A stretch of 63,794 nt of DNA, the filler included, from Polymyxa betae A26-41 (taxonomy: Eukaryota; Protista; Endomyxa: Phytomyxea), in NCBI GenBank assembly GCA_003693705.1. It is 5 parts of 5 records of this genome, joined end to end, with 100 filler letters (N's around TTAATTAATTAA, not from the genome) between each part and the next. Parts side by side here need not be neighbours in the genome. Positions count along the whole stretch, not along the records: positions 20,785 to 32,824 come from RBZT01000287.1; positions 32,925 to 58,059 come from RBZT01000502.1; 3 more parts are not named here. The stretch is one strand, 5' to 3'. Below are positions 27,959 through 39,559 of the stretch, one piece after another. The notes beneath the pieces are model-generated. The model had not been told where the DNA came from. It was given only the letters and a program-made list of their open reading frames with translations, and did no database searches. Numbering within the stretch: position 1 is the stretch's first letter; every line of letters starts with the position of its first letter. The position numbers and the translations under genes were made by a program.

Positions 27959-28599
27959 GACGAAATGGGGGTTGACGGCATCCAATTGCACGCAGTCCGT
28001 TGAAACCCTAAAACCCTAGCCCTATGGAAACATAAAAGTAAAATTGAAAAATAGGGCTAGTTTTTTACATTGTGAAGTTGCTGAAATAAGATCAAACATA
28101 ACAACTAATTTGCGTTGCATTAAACACGGTTATTAGCACCAGCTGTGATAGCTTGCCTATAGCAGATTTATATAGAGGTCTTTCCTGCTTAAGTTTATCA
28201 CCGATAGATATGTATGAGCGATAACAAAATACGACATTTTCGGCTGTTAGCGCAGAATGATTTCAGGCCGCAGATCATTCCAAGACCATTCTGCTGACAG
28301 AGTTCCCGGATCTCTATCGACATTCGCGGATTGGATGCGAAGAACGGCGTCCTGTGATGGATGTTGGCTGGCAGCCTAATCACGCTTCGTCTTTCTATGG
28401 AAGCATCCCGAAAGAATTCGTACCGATTCAGAAATAAAATCTGACTTCCAGCAGATTATTTGTCGTACTAGATTTGAGCTCGTCTAGTTTTTGTATTGTT
28501 GAATCGTTATCTGGTTCTCTGTTTAGCTCATCTTATTGACTTTCCACTTTTTGTGTGAAAATTCTGGTAACGATATCATTTCATTTTCTCTCTTTCATA

Positions 28600-30130
28600 G
28601 ACACATCGTCGTGATGTGTCTCGCGCCTATGCTGATAGCTGACATTAGGCACCAGATCCTCAGCGTCCCAGGCGTTGTCTAAGGCATGTCTATCTTCAAG
28701 CCAGTTCGGTTCTTGGGCCTGGCATTGCAATTATCGCCGCTGCTGGGCGCATTGGCACCTTGTCGGTATGGTGGTTTAGCGATCAATCGGGAATCGCCTT
28801 CACCAAGCACCATGACGACAAGAATGCCTAGCCTTGCCCATAAATGTCAGATTACCTATCATATTGGAGAAGTAAACGTGCTCATCGTTAAGCTTTGCTT
28901 TTTATTGCGATCTTTTCCCAAATTCTCTCTAAATTTTATCTTCGCTCTGTCTAAATTTTGTCTTCGTTTGCTGATTATTTATATTTCTTCAATGCTATTC
29001 GTTTTCTCATAGAGAGTGCTGTTTGCGATTTTTGTTTTTTAAAATCTATTCTCTTTTCTGCATTTTGTATAAATTGATTTCGTACCTTGCTGATAGCTCG
29101 TGTTAGGCATCAGAATTTTGACTGTCCTCAGTCCGTTTATGCAGCTGCTGATCGCATTTCTGTTCCGAGCCAGAACCATATTCTTCAGATCTGGGTCTTG
29201 CTCTTCTGCTGGGCTAAATGGCAGGATGTCGTCATGGGGCTTTGGCGGCCCATCGAGAATCCTCGAGGTCGTCTCGGCCATGCAGCGTTGCACTGCATAT
29301 CCCATCACAGCAGTAAACTTCGCTGTAAGTAAGCTTCTGGTTTCGAGTTTGTATTTTCCCAATCGCTCTTTAAATTTTCTCTTCGTCTTGCTGATCGTTC
29401 GCATCTCTTCACTGCTATTACATCGTTCTCTTTTAGAATCTGCTGTCAGAGATATTCTTCATTATTCAGGGTCTGTTTCGTTTCTCATGCCTTTTGTTAA
29501 AACGTTTTTCAAGCCTATGCTGATGACAGCTTGACTTAGGGTCAGTCGTAGGCGTCCCGTTCTGCTCCTGATCACCCTCTACCTTCAAGCCAACACCGAC
29601 CCTTCACTATCTGAGCATGACAGCTCTTGCCTTTGCTGGGTTCTTTGGCACCTTGTGGTCGTGGTACCTTGTCTACCTACCGAGAATCACCAAGCGCCGT
29701 GACGACAAGATGTCGTCTAGCTCTTCAAGCATCCAATTGTATTCTACATCGACAGTATGCTTTGATGATCGGTAGGCTTTCGGTTTCATTATTTCACACT
29801 TTCCCAATCATATCGCTCTGTAAATATCACATTGTTTTACTGATCGTTGCTTGTTTATTTTGTGTTAATTCATTGTTTGCTCTACCAAATTGTTTTCCCT
29901 TGTACATATCGTGTCGAACCTATTCTGACAGCTTTCTTAAGCATCATCATGGCATTCCGCGTCCCGTTCTGCTGGTTTCTGCTTCCGAGTTCCCGCCTTC
30001 CGACTAGCTGGACGCACCGCTATCTCAAGCAAGCAATCCGGTCAGCCCGGCTCTCTGGCATGGTGCTGTCATAGTGCTTCGGCTACCAATCTGGGATCGC
30101 CAATCGCCATGATGGCAGAGGTTATCAGAC
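28600..30130. repeat. Degenerate repeat cluster (about 450-900 bp spacing, direct and inverted copies)
   Basis: cctatgctga(t/c)agc near 28625, 29090, 29515 and 29920; ttggcaccttgt...ccaagc(a/g)cc(a/g)tgacgacaaga at 28750-28825 and 29645-29710; inverted copy near 29220-29250. Confidence 0.5.
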
Positions 30131-31938
30131 CCACAAAATATTTGACGTCAAGCTACTAGTCCACATCTATTCGAAGCTTCTCTTTTCGGTATGCTGCATG
30201 CCTCCTTCTGTTTTAAGGTTTTCTCGGATCGTTCCTTTGTATCTGTTTGTTGCTTCTTTTCGCAGAATGCCATTTCATATTAAAAGTTATGATGTCTACC
30301 TTTTCTTATTAAAAGTTGTTTTCACTAGTCCTGTTTTTGTTTAAATGCATTTTCTGGTGTTTAGATTATTCTTTTTCACGATCTCTGAGTATTTTGGTTT
30401 TTCTTTGTCTGTAATTTAAGTTTACAATTTCTTGTAGTTTTCACTAATTTGTTGGTCCTCCTCTGGTCTGATTATTGCTTTGCACTGTATATTTCTCTTT
30501 GAGTGTAATGTTTTCGTTCCTTTTTCTCATAGTTTGATCTCTGGGCCACTTCCATACTGGAGATTGGCAATCCGGCATTTGCAGCTTCGACTGCTGCTAG
30601 ATGTGTCGCTGCTACTGTTATGAAGCCAGCTCTGGCGTTTGGCAATCTGGTTGGAGAACAGGCGTTTGCTGGTGTGATTATTCTCGCATATCCACACTGG
30701 TGTTTCGGCAGCAATACCTAGAATAGTCAGTAACCAATAACCATTAAAGCAAAGCACATTGATTCCAGGTGTTAAAAAGTCAGACTGTATGAAGGGATTC
30801 TGGGTTCTCATTGTTAATTTTTTGGAAGAGATTTTTGGGATCATACACCTTTATCATCCCTGTTTTCGTCTTCTCATTCTTTAACGCGAATGTTTAGAGT
30901 TTATTCCCTTCTCACTTTTCTGTGTAGCAGCTTTGCTTGCATCACAGTCTACAGTAGTGCAATATGTCTAACTTTTTTCGCGATATTTTGTTTCTGAGTC
31001 TCGAATGGGATCCATCTCAGTTGTCGACAAAATCACTTAGCATTTGTTTGTGCGAAGTTTGGATGTCGTTGTTACCATCTGTAATTGTATGAGAAACGAT
31101 ATTTCTTCCATGAGCCGCACCAGAAATTGCTCACACTGCCAACTTGAATGCTAAACTAAGGTTCACCAATTGGATTGATTCTCATCTAGATGTACCCAGC
31201 TTAAGGAAGAACCGAATGCAGTGTTCAAGTAAAAAACGGCTGCAAACTGGTTGACTTCGTGTCAAGGCTTGTGACTAAAAACTATTTCGTTGAGCTGATC
31301 CAAGCGAGAATACCTTCCCGGGCAACGCATCGGCAGTTACTTGGAATGAATCAGCAACTGAAGTATCATTCAGCTTGGGTTTAGGTAAACTTGGATATCC
31401 AATATCAGCTCTGCGGATGCCACATTAATTGAATAATCTGTTCTGTGATCACCTAAAACCCCAACAGTTATCCATCCCATCATCTGAACGAGACTATTGT
31501 CATTACAGAGCGGTGAAATCTTAGTTTCCAGCAACAACTTTACAAACCCTTGTCAAAAAGCAATGCGGCAATCAATTGCATTTCGAGGTTTTCAATTTGT
31601 GACGGTTATCGACAATATGAACGCAAACCGATTAACTACACAGCGCAATGTTGCTGCTAAGTACTGATGACCAAAAATAAAAACAAAAACATTTAATGAT
31701 GTCAAAACATCTTTGCTGTGAGACCCATAGGATTTTCAGTCTACATCGTGAGGCCCGCAGCGATCTTCTTATGCGCCAGCATGCCATGTTTTCCCTAGGA
31801 TTATATCAGGATACGAAGCACATTGCGAAGTTTAGAAAGACATTACCTTAACCTTTTTCACAAAAGCATGTTGTCCTAAAGCCTTATTGTGCTTGGCAAC
31901 TACAGCAATTGGAACCTAAGAAGACAATTCAGGAGGGA

Positions 31939-33077
31939 CTAGGTGATCGATGCTAAATGGTAATGAAGATTTGAAGTCAATAAACAGAAGAGTGAAGAAA
32001 CTACCTTCGGCGCATCACGAAGGCGGAACCTTTTTGCAAGACGTGGGAGGACACGATTACGGCGATGGAAGCGTGCACGGAAAACTTTGGGGTGGTGACG
32101 CCAGCCGTTCGCTGCAGGCCTGATAATGGGCTGAGGAGATTCGGTTTCAGGCATCGGAGTAATGGGTTGTTCGGTAGGCAGCTGAGTGGGAGGAGCTTGA
32201 GTGGGCACTTCCGTAGGCTCCTCGGTCGGCTCTTCAGTCGGCGCCTTGGTGGGCTCTTCAGTAGGTTCCTCGGTCGGTTCTTCCGTTGGCTCTTCAGTCG
32301 GCGCCTCGGTGGGCTCTTCAGTAGGCTCCTCAGTCGGGGCCTCGGTGGGCTCTTCCGTTGGCTCTTCAGTAGGTTCCTCGGTGGGCTCTTCCGTTGGCTC
32401 TTCAGTAGGTTCCTCGGTGGGCTCTTCCGTTGGCTCTTCAGTAGGTTCCTCGGTGGGCTCTTCCATTGGCTCTTCAGTAGGTTCCTCGATGGGCTCTTCC
32501 GTTGGCTCTTCAGTAGGCTCCTCGGTGGGCTCTTCCATTGGCTCTTCAGTAGGTTCCTCGATGGGCTCTTCTGTAGGCTCCTCCGTTGGCTCTTCTGTAG
32601 GCTCCTCCGTTGGCTCTTCTGTAGGCTCCTCGGTCGGTTCTTCCGATGGCTCTTCAGTAGGTTCCTCGGTGGGCTCTTCAGTAGGCTCCTCCGTTGGCTC
32701 TTCAGTCGGCGCCTCGGTTGGCTCTTCCGTAGGCTCCTCCGTTGGCTCTTCAGTCGGCGCCTCGGTTGGCTCTTCCGTAGGCTCCTCCGTTGGCTCTTCC
32801 GTAGGCCATTCAGTAGGCTCCTCANNNNNNNNNNNNNNNNNNNNNNNNNNNNNNNNNNNNNNNNNNNNTTAATTAATTAANNNNNNNNNNNNNNNNNNNN
32901 NNNNNNNNNNNNNNNNNNNNNNNNTGCTGCGTCGCCTGCAGCGCCGAGGCTGGAACCCGTCTCGATGTTGTCCTCGCTGGCAGGGATGCGACCATGGCTG
33001 GGTTCGGTGTCGTTCTGGGTGGCGGATGCCGTCACGGACAGGAACGCCGCGATCACGATCACGATATTCCTGATCAT
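31939..33077 (-). CDS. Secreted acidic PTEE-repeat (mucin-like) protein spanning an assembly spacer; 3' end probably spliced
   Basis: Signal peptide MIRNIVIVIAAFLSVTASA at 33077; long EEPT/EAPT tandem tract 32210-32824; Arg-rich segment after the repeat. Confidence 0.75.
32210..32824 (-). repeat. 12-bp coding tandem repeat (EEPT)n
   Basis: Units such as ggctcttcagta / ggttcctcggtg / ggctcttccgtt. Confidence 0.95.
32825..32924. other. Artificial contig spacer
   Basis: 44 N + TTAATTAATTAA + 44 N. Confidence 0.98.
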
Positions 33078-33968
33078 GGTGATGTAAATATGAGTGATCG
33101 GGACTATAAATAGATTTGCGTAGTTTGTGATGATTTGATTATCAGATTATGATCGATTCGTTGAATTCTCCCTTCAAGATCTCTTGCAGACAAGCTGAAT
33201 CATCTTCCGCCCTTTGGATCAATAATCACAGAATCAATTCATATATTCGAATATCCGTTTGTAGATCGATGGGCTACGTAGATAACACTCGGAATGTCGC
33301 TGCTGTCTAGACAATATACCGTTTATCTGATATCGAGAAAAAAATTCCGATTTTTGTCAATTGATTCGAACCGGAGCTTGGCTTGAGATGCATTAAGACC
33401 CTGATCTCAGACCATGCGAATACAGATCTGAGGCCTTTAATGTCTCCTGGAACAGATCGACTTTGTTCAGGATTAGAATAACTGGGCGATGGACGAAATA
33501 GGCTGCAACCAAAGGTCTTTGATGTTTCGAGCTGTTTGTAGGGTTTAGGATTGCTATGTGAAGCATTCGCTATGTCACTGAATAGGTTTAGCGATTCTAC
33601 AATTCGGTTCATTGTTATCTTTTTCATAAAGAAATTGATCATGGTCGCTGAGAGCGACGACAAAAATGACAGCCGTCACTGAGTCGAAAAATCCATCTGA
33701 ATATCAAATGAAATCGAACAAAGCCGAAAATCGCTGAGACCCGCTTCCTGCTCTTGTTCCATTATCCGCCCACAACAAGAATCCTACACACAACGCCGCC
33801 TGTATTTTGGAGCTCTCTTTCCGCGATAAGTCGAAGCAACTCGAACTTGAATGGCCATCAAAGCAGCAACTTAGGGTTTAGAGTTAGGGTTCTGCGCACA
33901 GATCTCTGCGCATGTAGAACCTTCAGAAGCAGGATGGCGCGACAACGTTGTATTCTCATCTTTCAACA

Positions 33969-34259
33969 ATGAAATCATCATCGAAGGCTATCTACGTGTC
34001 CCAGGGCTCTTCTAGCGCTGTCGTTTCTTGTTGTCTGGAGACGGACAAGCTGTTGCTGAAGCTTTTTACTGAAGCTGTACGAGACTGTAAGAAGTCAGAT
34101 AATGGATCCAAAAAGGAGTTGGGGGGCATCACTGCCACTTTCAACAAGATCGCCAACAAGAATTCAGCTCCATGGTCATTCACTTCCCTTCGTTCAAGAT
34201 CTAATGCGTTTAAGTCGATACTCGAAACGTGGCAAGAGCTGTCAAACTGTAGTGGATAA
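33969..34259 (+). pseudogene. Myb/SANT-like DNA-binding domain fragment (Harbinger accessory-protein type)
   Basis: DKLLLKLF...KKSDNGSKK....I...FN.......LRSRSNAFK......L.NCSG pattern. Confidence 0.55.
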
Positions 34260-34470
34260 TGCTGTAGGACGAGTTGTGCAGTGTGAACTATTATTACACA
34301 TCCTAGCTGTTGTGCATTCTGCGCAGAAATCTGCGAAAAATCATGCGGTCGGTAGGCTCCCCCAAACGTTCTGTGTGGACGTTTTTTACACTTCCTACAA
34401 TTACCAATCTGTGAGCCGCACCAACCTCATGGAAGGGCCAAATGGAAAAATTCCGATTTGGCAAAAATCA

Positions 34471-34542
34471 TTCCGATACGGGGACTCGAACCCCGGTCTC
34501 CAATGTGAAAGACTGGTATACTGACCCCTGTACTATATCGGA
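34471..34542 (-). tRNA. tRNA-Glu (TTC)
   Basis: TCCGATA acceptor stem pairs with TATCGGA; anticodon arm CCAGT-CTTTCAC-ATTGG; GTTCGAGT T-loop; oligo-T downstream. Confidence 0.95.
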
Positions 34543-34790
34543 CATTTTCATGACAGTGAATCGGGATGATGACTGATGGTAACGTTACCAATTGAGTGGA
34601 CAATGTCTGTGCTATTTGCAGAGATCGCTACTCTCTACAGCCGTCATTTAATCACTACATCAGCTTCAGAAGCTCGCCAAGAACTGAATCGAAAAACTGC
34701 CAAAATTCTATTGGTGAAAAAACGAGCTAATACAACCCTACATGTGTACTGTGTAGATTGAGATCGATAACATATAGAATGTATTGATGA

Positions 34791-35222
34791 TTAAGTAAAA
34801 AATTCAATACAACTGTCAGTAACAGCAAACGGAACATCTATTGGTATTAGATCAAGCCTGGGCAAGAGGTCGAGCAATTTTTGGCGAATTCCCGGAAAAA
34901 TTCGAATAGGACGTTTGCAATTACGATGGCGATTGTAGCTCTGGAACTGCTGCGTGATCGCGCCCAGAAACAGGCTCAGCTCCAGGTGTTGCTCGCGCCC
35001 GCAGATCGCCAAATGCCGCGGAATATCCCAGGACTTGGGCAGAATGCGGGCCAGCTCGACGCCGTCGCCATTCAGGATCTTGTTCGTGTTGACGTTGACC
35101 GCAAACCAGGTCCGTAGCGGAGGCCGCTCCGGACCCATCGGCAGTTTAAAATGCGCTGGGCGACGTTTTAGAAACTCCACCGTCCCGATCTCCCGGAATT
35201 TGGGGCCGTACTGGCCCGTCAC
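34791..35222 (-). CDS. Hypothetical protein between the two tRNAs (start and splicing unresolved)
   Basis: GC-rich open frame with host-exon-like composition; no known motif. Confidence 0.35.
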   Translation of the reverse strand: MTGQYGPKFREIGTVEFLKRRPAHFKLPMGPERPPLRTWFAVNVNTNKILNGDGVELARILPKSWDIPRHLAICGREQHLELSLFLGAITQQFQSYNRHRNCKRPIRIFPGIRQKLLDLLPRLDLIPIDVPFAVTDSCIEFFT

Positions 35223-35307
35223 CGACGTGTTCAGACCATCAAGGCTGACTAACCTAGCATTCGGAAAGGTTCCATACGGACACAGACACAGTAACGATAC
35301 ATCAGCC

Positions 35308-35394
35308 GCCCGCGTAGCTCAATCGGTAGAGCGTGGGACTCTTACGGACTAGGAGTCAATCCCAAGGCTGCGGGTTCGAGCCCCGCCGTGGGCT
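35308..35394 (+). tRNA. tRNA-Lys (CTT) with 14-nt intron at the canonical 37/38 position
   Basis: GCCCGCG/CGTGGGC acceptor stem; D arm GCTC-AATCGGTA-GAGC; TGGGA-CTCTTA[cggactaggagtca]A-TCCCA; GGTTCGAGC T arm; T-run terminator 35397-35405. Confidence 0.95.
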
Positions 35395-35906
35395 GATTTT
35401 TTTTTGTCCGTCCGTGATTCATCTAGCCCTTCTGCGATCAAAAGTAATTTTTTGCAGTTCGCTTTTATGAGTTCTTTGTCCTATTTTTGAAAGAATTCTG
35501 AGTTTTTCTAATTTAAAAAAATCGTCAAAGCTTTATGTGTGACCATTTCTTGTCAGATTGAGGTTAATAGCATCCTGATTTTCATCAGGTTCTGATAGCC
35601 TGCGGAAGCTCAATACAAAAATTTGAGTTTTCAAAAAGAAAGACTTTTATATAACAAGAATTGCCTGTAATTTTTGAAGACTAGCAGTTTGGCGGCCGGT
35701 CATTCGCTCAATCCTATCATGGGGAGCCACGGCCATGACACTTTTTCGTCAGTTGACCTCAGATTGTCCCGGTTACAGCTCCGCTATCAGATCAGGATCG
35801 CAGCCATCTCTGTGAATTGAAAAAAAAAACTGCGCGCGGAATTGTCTTTGGCCGTATCATCACCGAAGAGGCGAAGACCGACGATTAGACGTTCATTTGC
35901 CTGGAA

Positions 35907-37751
35907 ATGGTTGGCCCAGCGATTGTCTTCCTGATACTGAGATTATCTGTGTGCTTGGCCGTATGCAGCTCTGGGTCAAGTTATGTTACTGATGATCGGG
36001 AAGAGACTCCTGTTACAACTGTCTCTCCTGTCGGCCTCCACGTTACAGACACCAGTGTATGATTGCACTGAAAAGAAGCCACATCATTCTAACACGGAAA
36101 TAGGAACCTATCCTCTATCATCATTATCCAATCCAAAATTTCTCAGATCTTCCGTCTTTCAAAAACCTCTTAGATTCCTCATTTAATCTGGATGTAAGAT
36201 TTTATATACGAAATGACCATGATATTGATTTACTATTCAGATATTCACTGAGAATAAAGTTTATGCAATGTCGGACATCCCACCTGATGATGGAATGTTA
36301 TCAACATCTTTATTACATCATACAGATCATGTTCCGGTTTTACCTCCTATTCAGGAAACTATCAATGTATTGTTTTTCTCTCAAGTTTCGTGTTTTACAA
36401 ATTGCTGAGGTTTACATATCAGAATGATGAACGATTCGAAACTATCTCCCGGAAACGTCCTCGTATTGACGAGACATCATCTCCAACCGACCTTCGGTTT
36501 TCCTTCAATCTTGATGTGACTGATATCTATGATTATAACAGTCTCTGCAAGTTTCTGGTGAATTTTCATGAGGTTTTGTCCCTCTGTATATTGACTGTAG
36601 ATTAGATCAAACAGCCGAATTATGAAGAACTTCTTTCTCTGTCTTCAAAGTCCGATGGTGATGCCTCGGAGCTCAACTGCCAATTTGATATCAATGTGAA
36701 AGAACATGATCTGGATCTGAACGAAATCGAACGAGTTCGTTCTGCTCAGAGCACATTACAAGAGCTGATTCTGATTGCGAATCTTTATCGGAAATTGATC
36801 TGGGCCTCTCGGAAATATGAATGGATTTGGAAGATTTACGGAATTGGATGTATTATGTGTGCGGTCCTGTACTACGATGTGTTATGGAATGCTGTCAGAA
36901 AGATCTCCGCAGGTTTCAGACACTTTGGGGGAATCGCTTCAGTCATCGGAAAATCCATAAATAATGTGACGGAGATGAATGCCGATCGAAACTGGCAGCT
37001 GCCCATCAATCTCTGAATCAGATTCGAGATGGTTATTTTGACCATCCTGATATAGAAAGTGACGAAAATCCGTCTTCGAAACGGATGAAGTTTAGTTCAC
37101 CACCAAAAAAATTCGTTCTGCCACTGTTTACCGCTGTCCCTGAATTTCTGCAATTGTTTGATTTTAATGTCGAGAAGATCACGGACAGTAATACTCTGTG
37201 TGCGTTTCTGGTGAGATTTATTCATATTGAATGCGGAATCTCACACTGAATCTGTAATACAGAAAAAGCCGCCTGATGATGATGAGAACGCGTTTCTTTC
37301 TGATCCGAGCAAATTGATCAAACGAAAATGCAAAAAAACAAAAGTTGTAAAAGACCCGATTATTATCAATGTTCTCGATGATCAGATCATATTGACCGAA
37401 ACCTCGGAAATCTCAACTTCTCAGACCACGTTACAGAAGTTAATATTGGTGGCCAGTTTATGTCTAAAAGTAGTTCGCGCCAAGATTGCCGACCCGAAAT
37501 TGAACATGAAACGTGAAGGGCGTGACAACTGGCTACAGCTAACATGTTACCCAGTGCTTTCATCTGTCCGAATATGCTGTCAGAATGATCTTCGGACTTT
37601 TCGATCTCAATGGGGAAATCCGTTTGTGCATAGTCGATTTGAAGCGCTTTGTTCTAGTTACAAATGCAACAGAAATCAGTGCGGATTTGACACTTTCATT
37701 ATCAGTAACAATAAGAAATATTCCATCGAATCACAACTTAGTTCGTTATAG
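35907..37751 (+). pseudogene. Multi-exon secreted protein family, copy A (signal peptide, NLS-like motifs, two Cys/His domains); frameshifts present
   Basis: MVGPAIVFLILRLSVCLA then GT donor; SRKRPR; two homologous modules LQ(E/K)LIL..; high nucleotide similarity to 53955-56292. Confidence 0.7.
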
Positions 37752-37849
37752 AGAAAAACAGGATCATTGTCTATTGAGATATTCTATGAAAAGATTTACG
37801 ACTGTATTACTATGTTCAAGTTCATTTGTATTGCCTAAAGATTTTTTAT

Positions 37850-38100
37850 TTCAGGAGCTCATATTGGAGTGTCTTCAGCGAATGAATATCTTCCTAAAAA
37901 AGCGAAAATTGAATCCATCAGCTGATCTGAATGAATTTCTCGGGAGATTCTATTCATCCAATATTATACTGTCTTGAACATCATTGTAATAATGATGTCA
38001 ATTATTTCTCTCATATATTTGGACATTATATAGATCATTATCAATTCAAACAAAATCACTGTCCTGGACATACTGGACAATGTCCTGCTCTGAAAGCTGT
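37850..38100 (+). pseudogene. Further divergent copy of the Cys/His domain
   Basis: HPILYCLEHHCNNDVNYFSHIFGHYIDHYQFKQNHCPGHTGQC. Confidence 0.55.
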
Positions 38101-38114
38101 AACCCTAAAACCCT

Positions 38115-38933
38115 TAAATGCACCGGATTCGGTAGCGATTTCCGTTATTTCTGCTTCGTTGCAGGCGGGCCTTTGTGCCCATTCTATGACATAATTAGCG
38201 CCAAGTTTGAGTAGGTTAAAAATATCTTTGGGGATGTGGATTTTCCCAATGATATTGATGGGTGATGATACCTTTTTCTTGACAACGGTTTTTTTAGGCT
38301 TTTCCGTGGCCTTTCCTGTTTTAGCGCTGGTGTGCGCTTTCATCTGAGGTGGTGCTGTGGCTTTGGTTTTGGCTTTCGCCGCGACCTCAAGGACCACTTG
38401 AGCCTTACCGGCTTGAATGATCCATGCCACTACCGCATCTGATTTCAGTACTTTGGTACATATACCATTAGTGTCTGAATCGAAGCTTGCTAACAAACCA
38501 GACGACGCAATTTCCTGCTGTAGGAGTAAGCGTACGCCGTCTGGGTGGTATTTCTGATTGGCGTCTGATACTTGCTTCGCAATAGCATCTTTGACACCGC
38601 TCACTATCAACGGTTAGCAGCAGCGGTAATTTTTTCGGCTAAGTCCCTTCCGGCTAAGTCAAGTGACTTTTTAGGCATTGCCTGCCAGAGGTAGCCTTGG
38701 AGAAGGGGGTTTGGCACATTGGCCTCCTCAAGATCCTTCCCCAACGTACCATCATCCCCATCCACAGACATCGACATAGCGGTGCTGGCCATTATGGCCT
38801 CGTAGATTTTGGTCATATGGTGCGCAGCCTTGATGGCTTTGCTGACCAGGGGGATGATGGCGTTCACGATGAGCACCATAATATCCCGCATTGGCACCGG
38901 GGCGTCAGCAAGTACGCGGTCGGTCGCCTCCAT
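38115..38933 (-). CDS. N-terminal part of the Penelope-like ORF (frameshift at ~38608)
   Basis: ATG 38933 about 70 nt downstream of TATATAAG (39002-39009); Lys-rich tract then INIIGKIHIPKDIFNLLKLGANYV, resembling the PLE N-terminal N.S..L....LL.LG.NF motif. Confidence 0.6.
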
Positions 38934-39502
38934 TCTTGAAGTTTAGGTGTGATGTGAACACGATGACAACCAGAATGAGCAAGATCTATGGCGAAGTTGC
39001 CTTATATAGGTGCAAGCTATATTAGGGCTTTGCCATATAGTTCCTCTACCACTGGCGAGGTACCCTGGGCGTCACTGTGTCCCAGTGGAGCGTGTCAACC
39101 CTGGTGTTGCCAGGGCTGCGCTTTCCACAGTCATGCTTTACCATAGCCTTTTCCAGGGCTGCGCTGGAGGCGGAGCCTCTGCGCAGCCTTTGGTGGAGGC
39201 CGCGCCTCGTAGCAGCGGCCGACCTGACGGAGGTAACTGCATTCCCGGATTTTCCGGGTCTGATGTTGGTGAACCTTCATCCATGAGCATAGAATGTTCA
39301 TTACAGTGTTCAGTGACACTTCACGAATTTCGCTATGGATGTCGCGAAAGTTCGCGAATGTTCATTTAGCTATAAATAGCTTGTGACGTTTTGAAGTGGG
39401 TACTTCGTTTTCCTCAGTGAAATTTCCTTGAGCACGACGGTATCCGTATGCTAAGGAGTAGAGTAATCAAGACATAGTTGTTTCTAGTCCAGTCCTGTCA
39501 TT

Positions 39503-39545
39503 CCCGCGCGACCTGGTTTCGCCTTCGGCTCATCAGGCCACCGCA
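39503..39545 (-). ncRNA. Minimal type I hammerhead ribozyme motif
   Basis: Minus strand reads ggc-CTGATGA-gcc(gaa)ggc-GAAA-cc(a)gg-TC^gc; complete catalytic core, near-palindromic stem III, weak stem I; about 15 nt after the RT stop. Confidence 0.75.
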
Positions 39546-39559
39546 TTCGTTGCCGGTTA

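Noticed and set aside
32210-32824. Possible CRISPR-like array
   Set aside because: 12-bp coding tandem units with no unique spacers, in a eukaryotic context with no cas genes
32065-32880. Long plus-strand ORFs (RFLGGLF and VGSS repeats)
   Set aside because: Antisense shadows of the EEPT coding repeat
39170-39212. 13-17 bp matches (cctctgcgcagcc; gtggaggccgc.cctcg) to the 62-kb repeat
   Set aside because: Short, GC-rich and in a different order; could be chance
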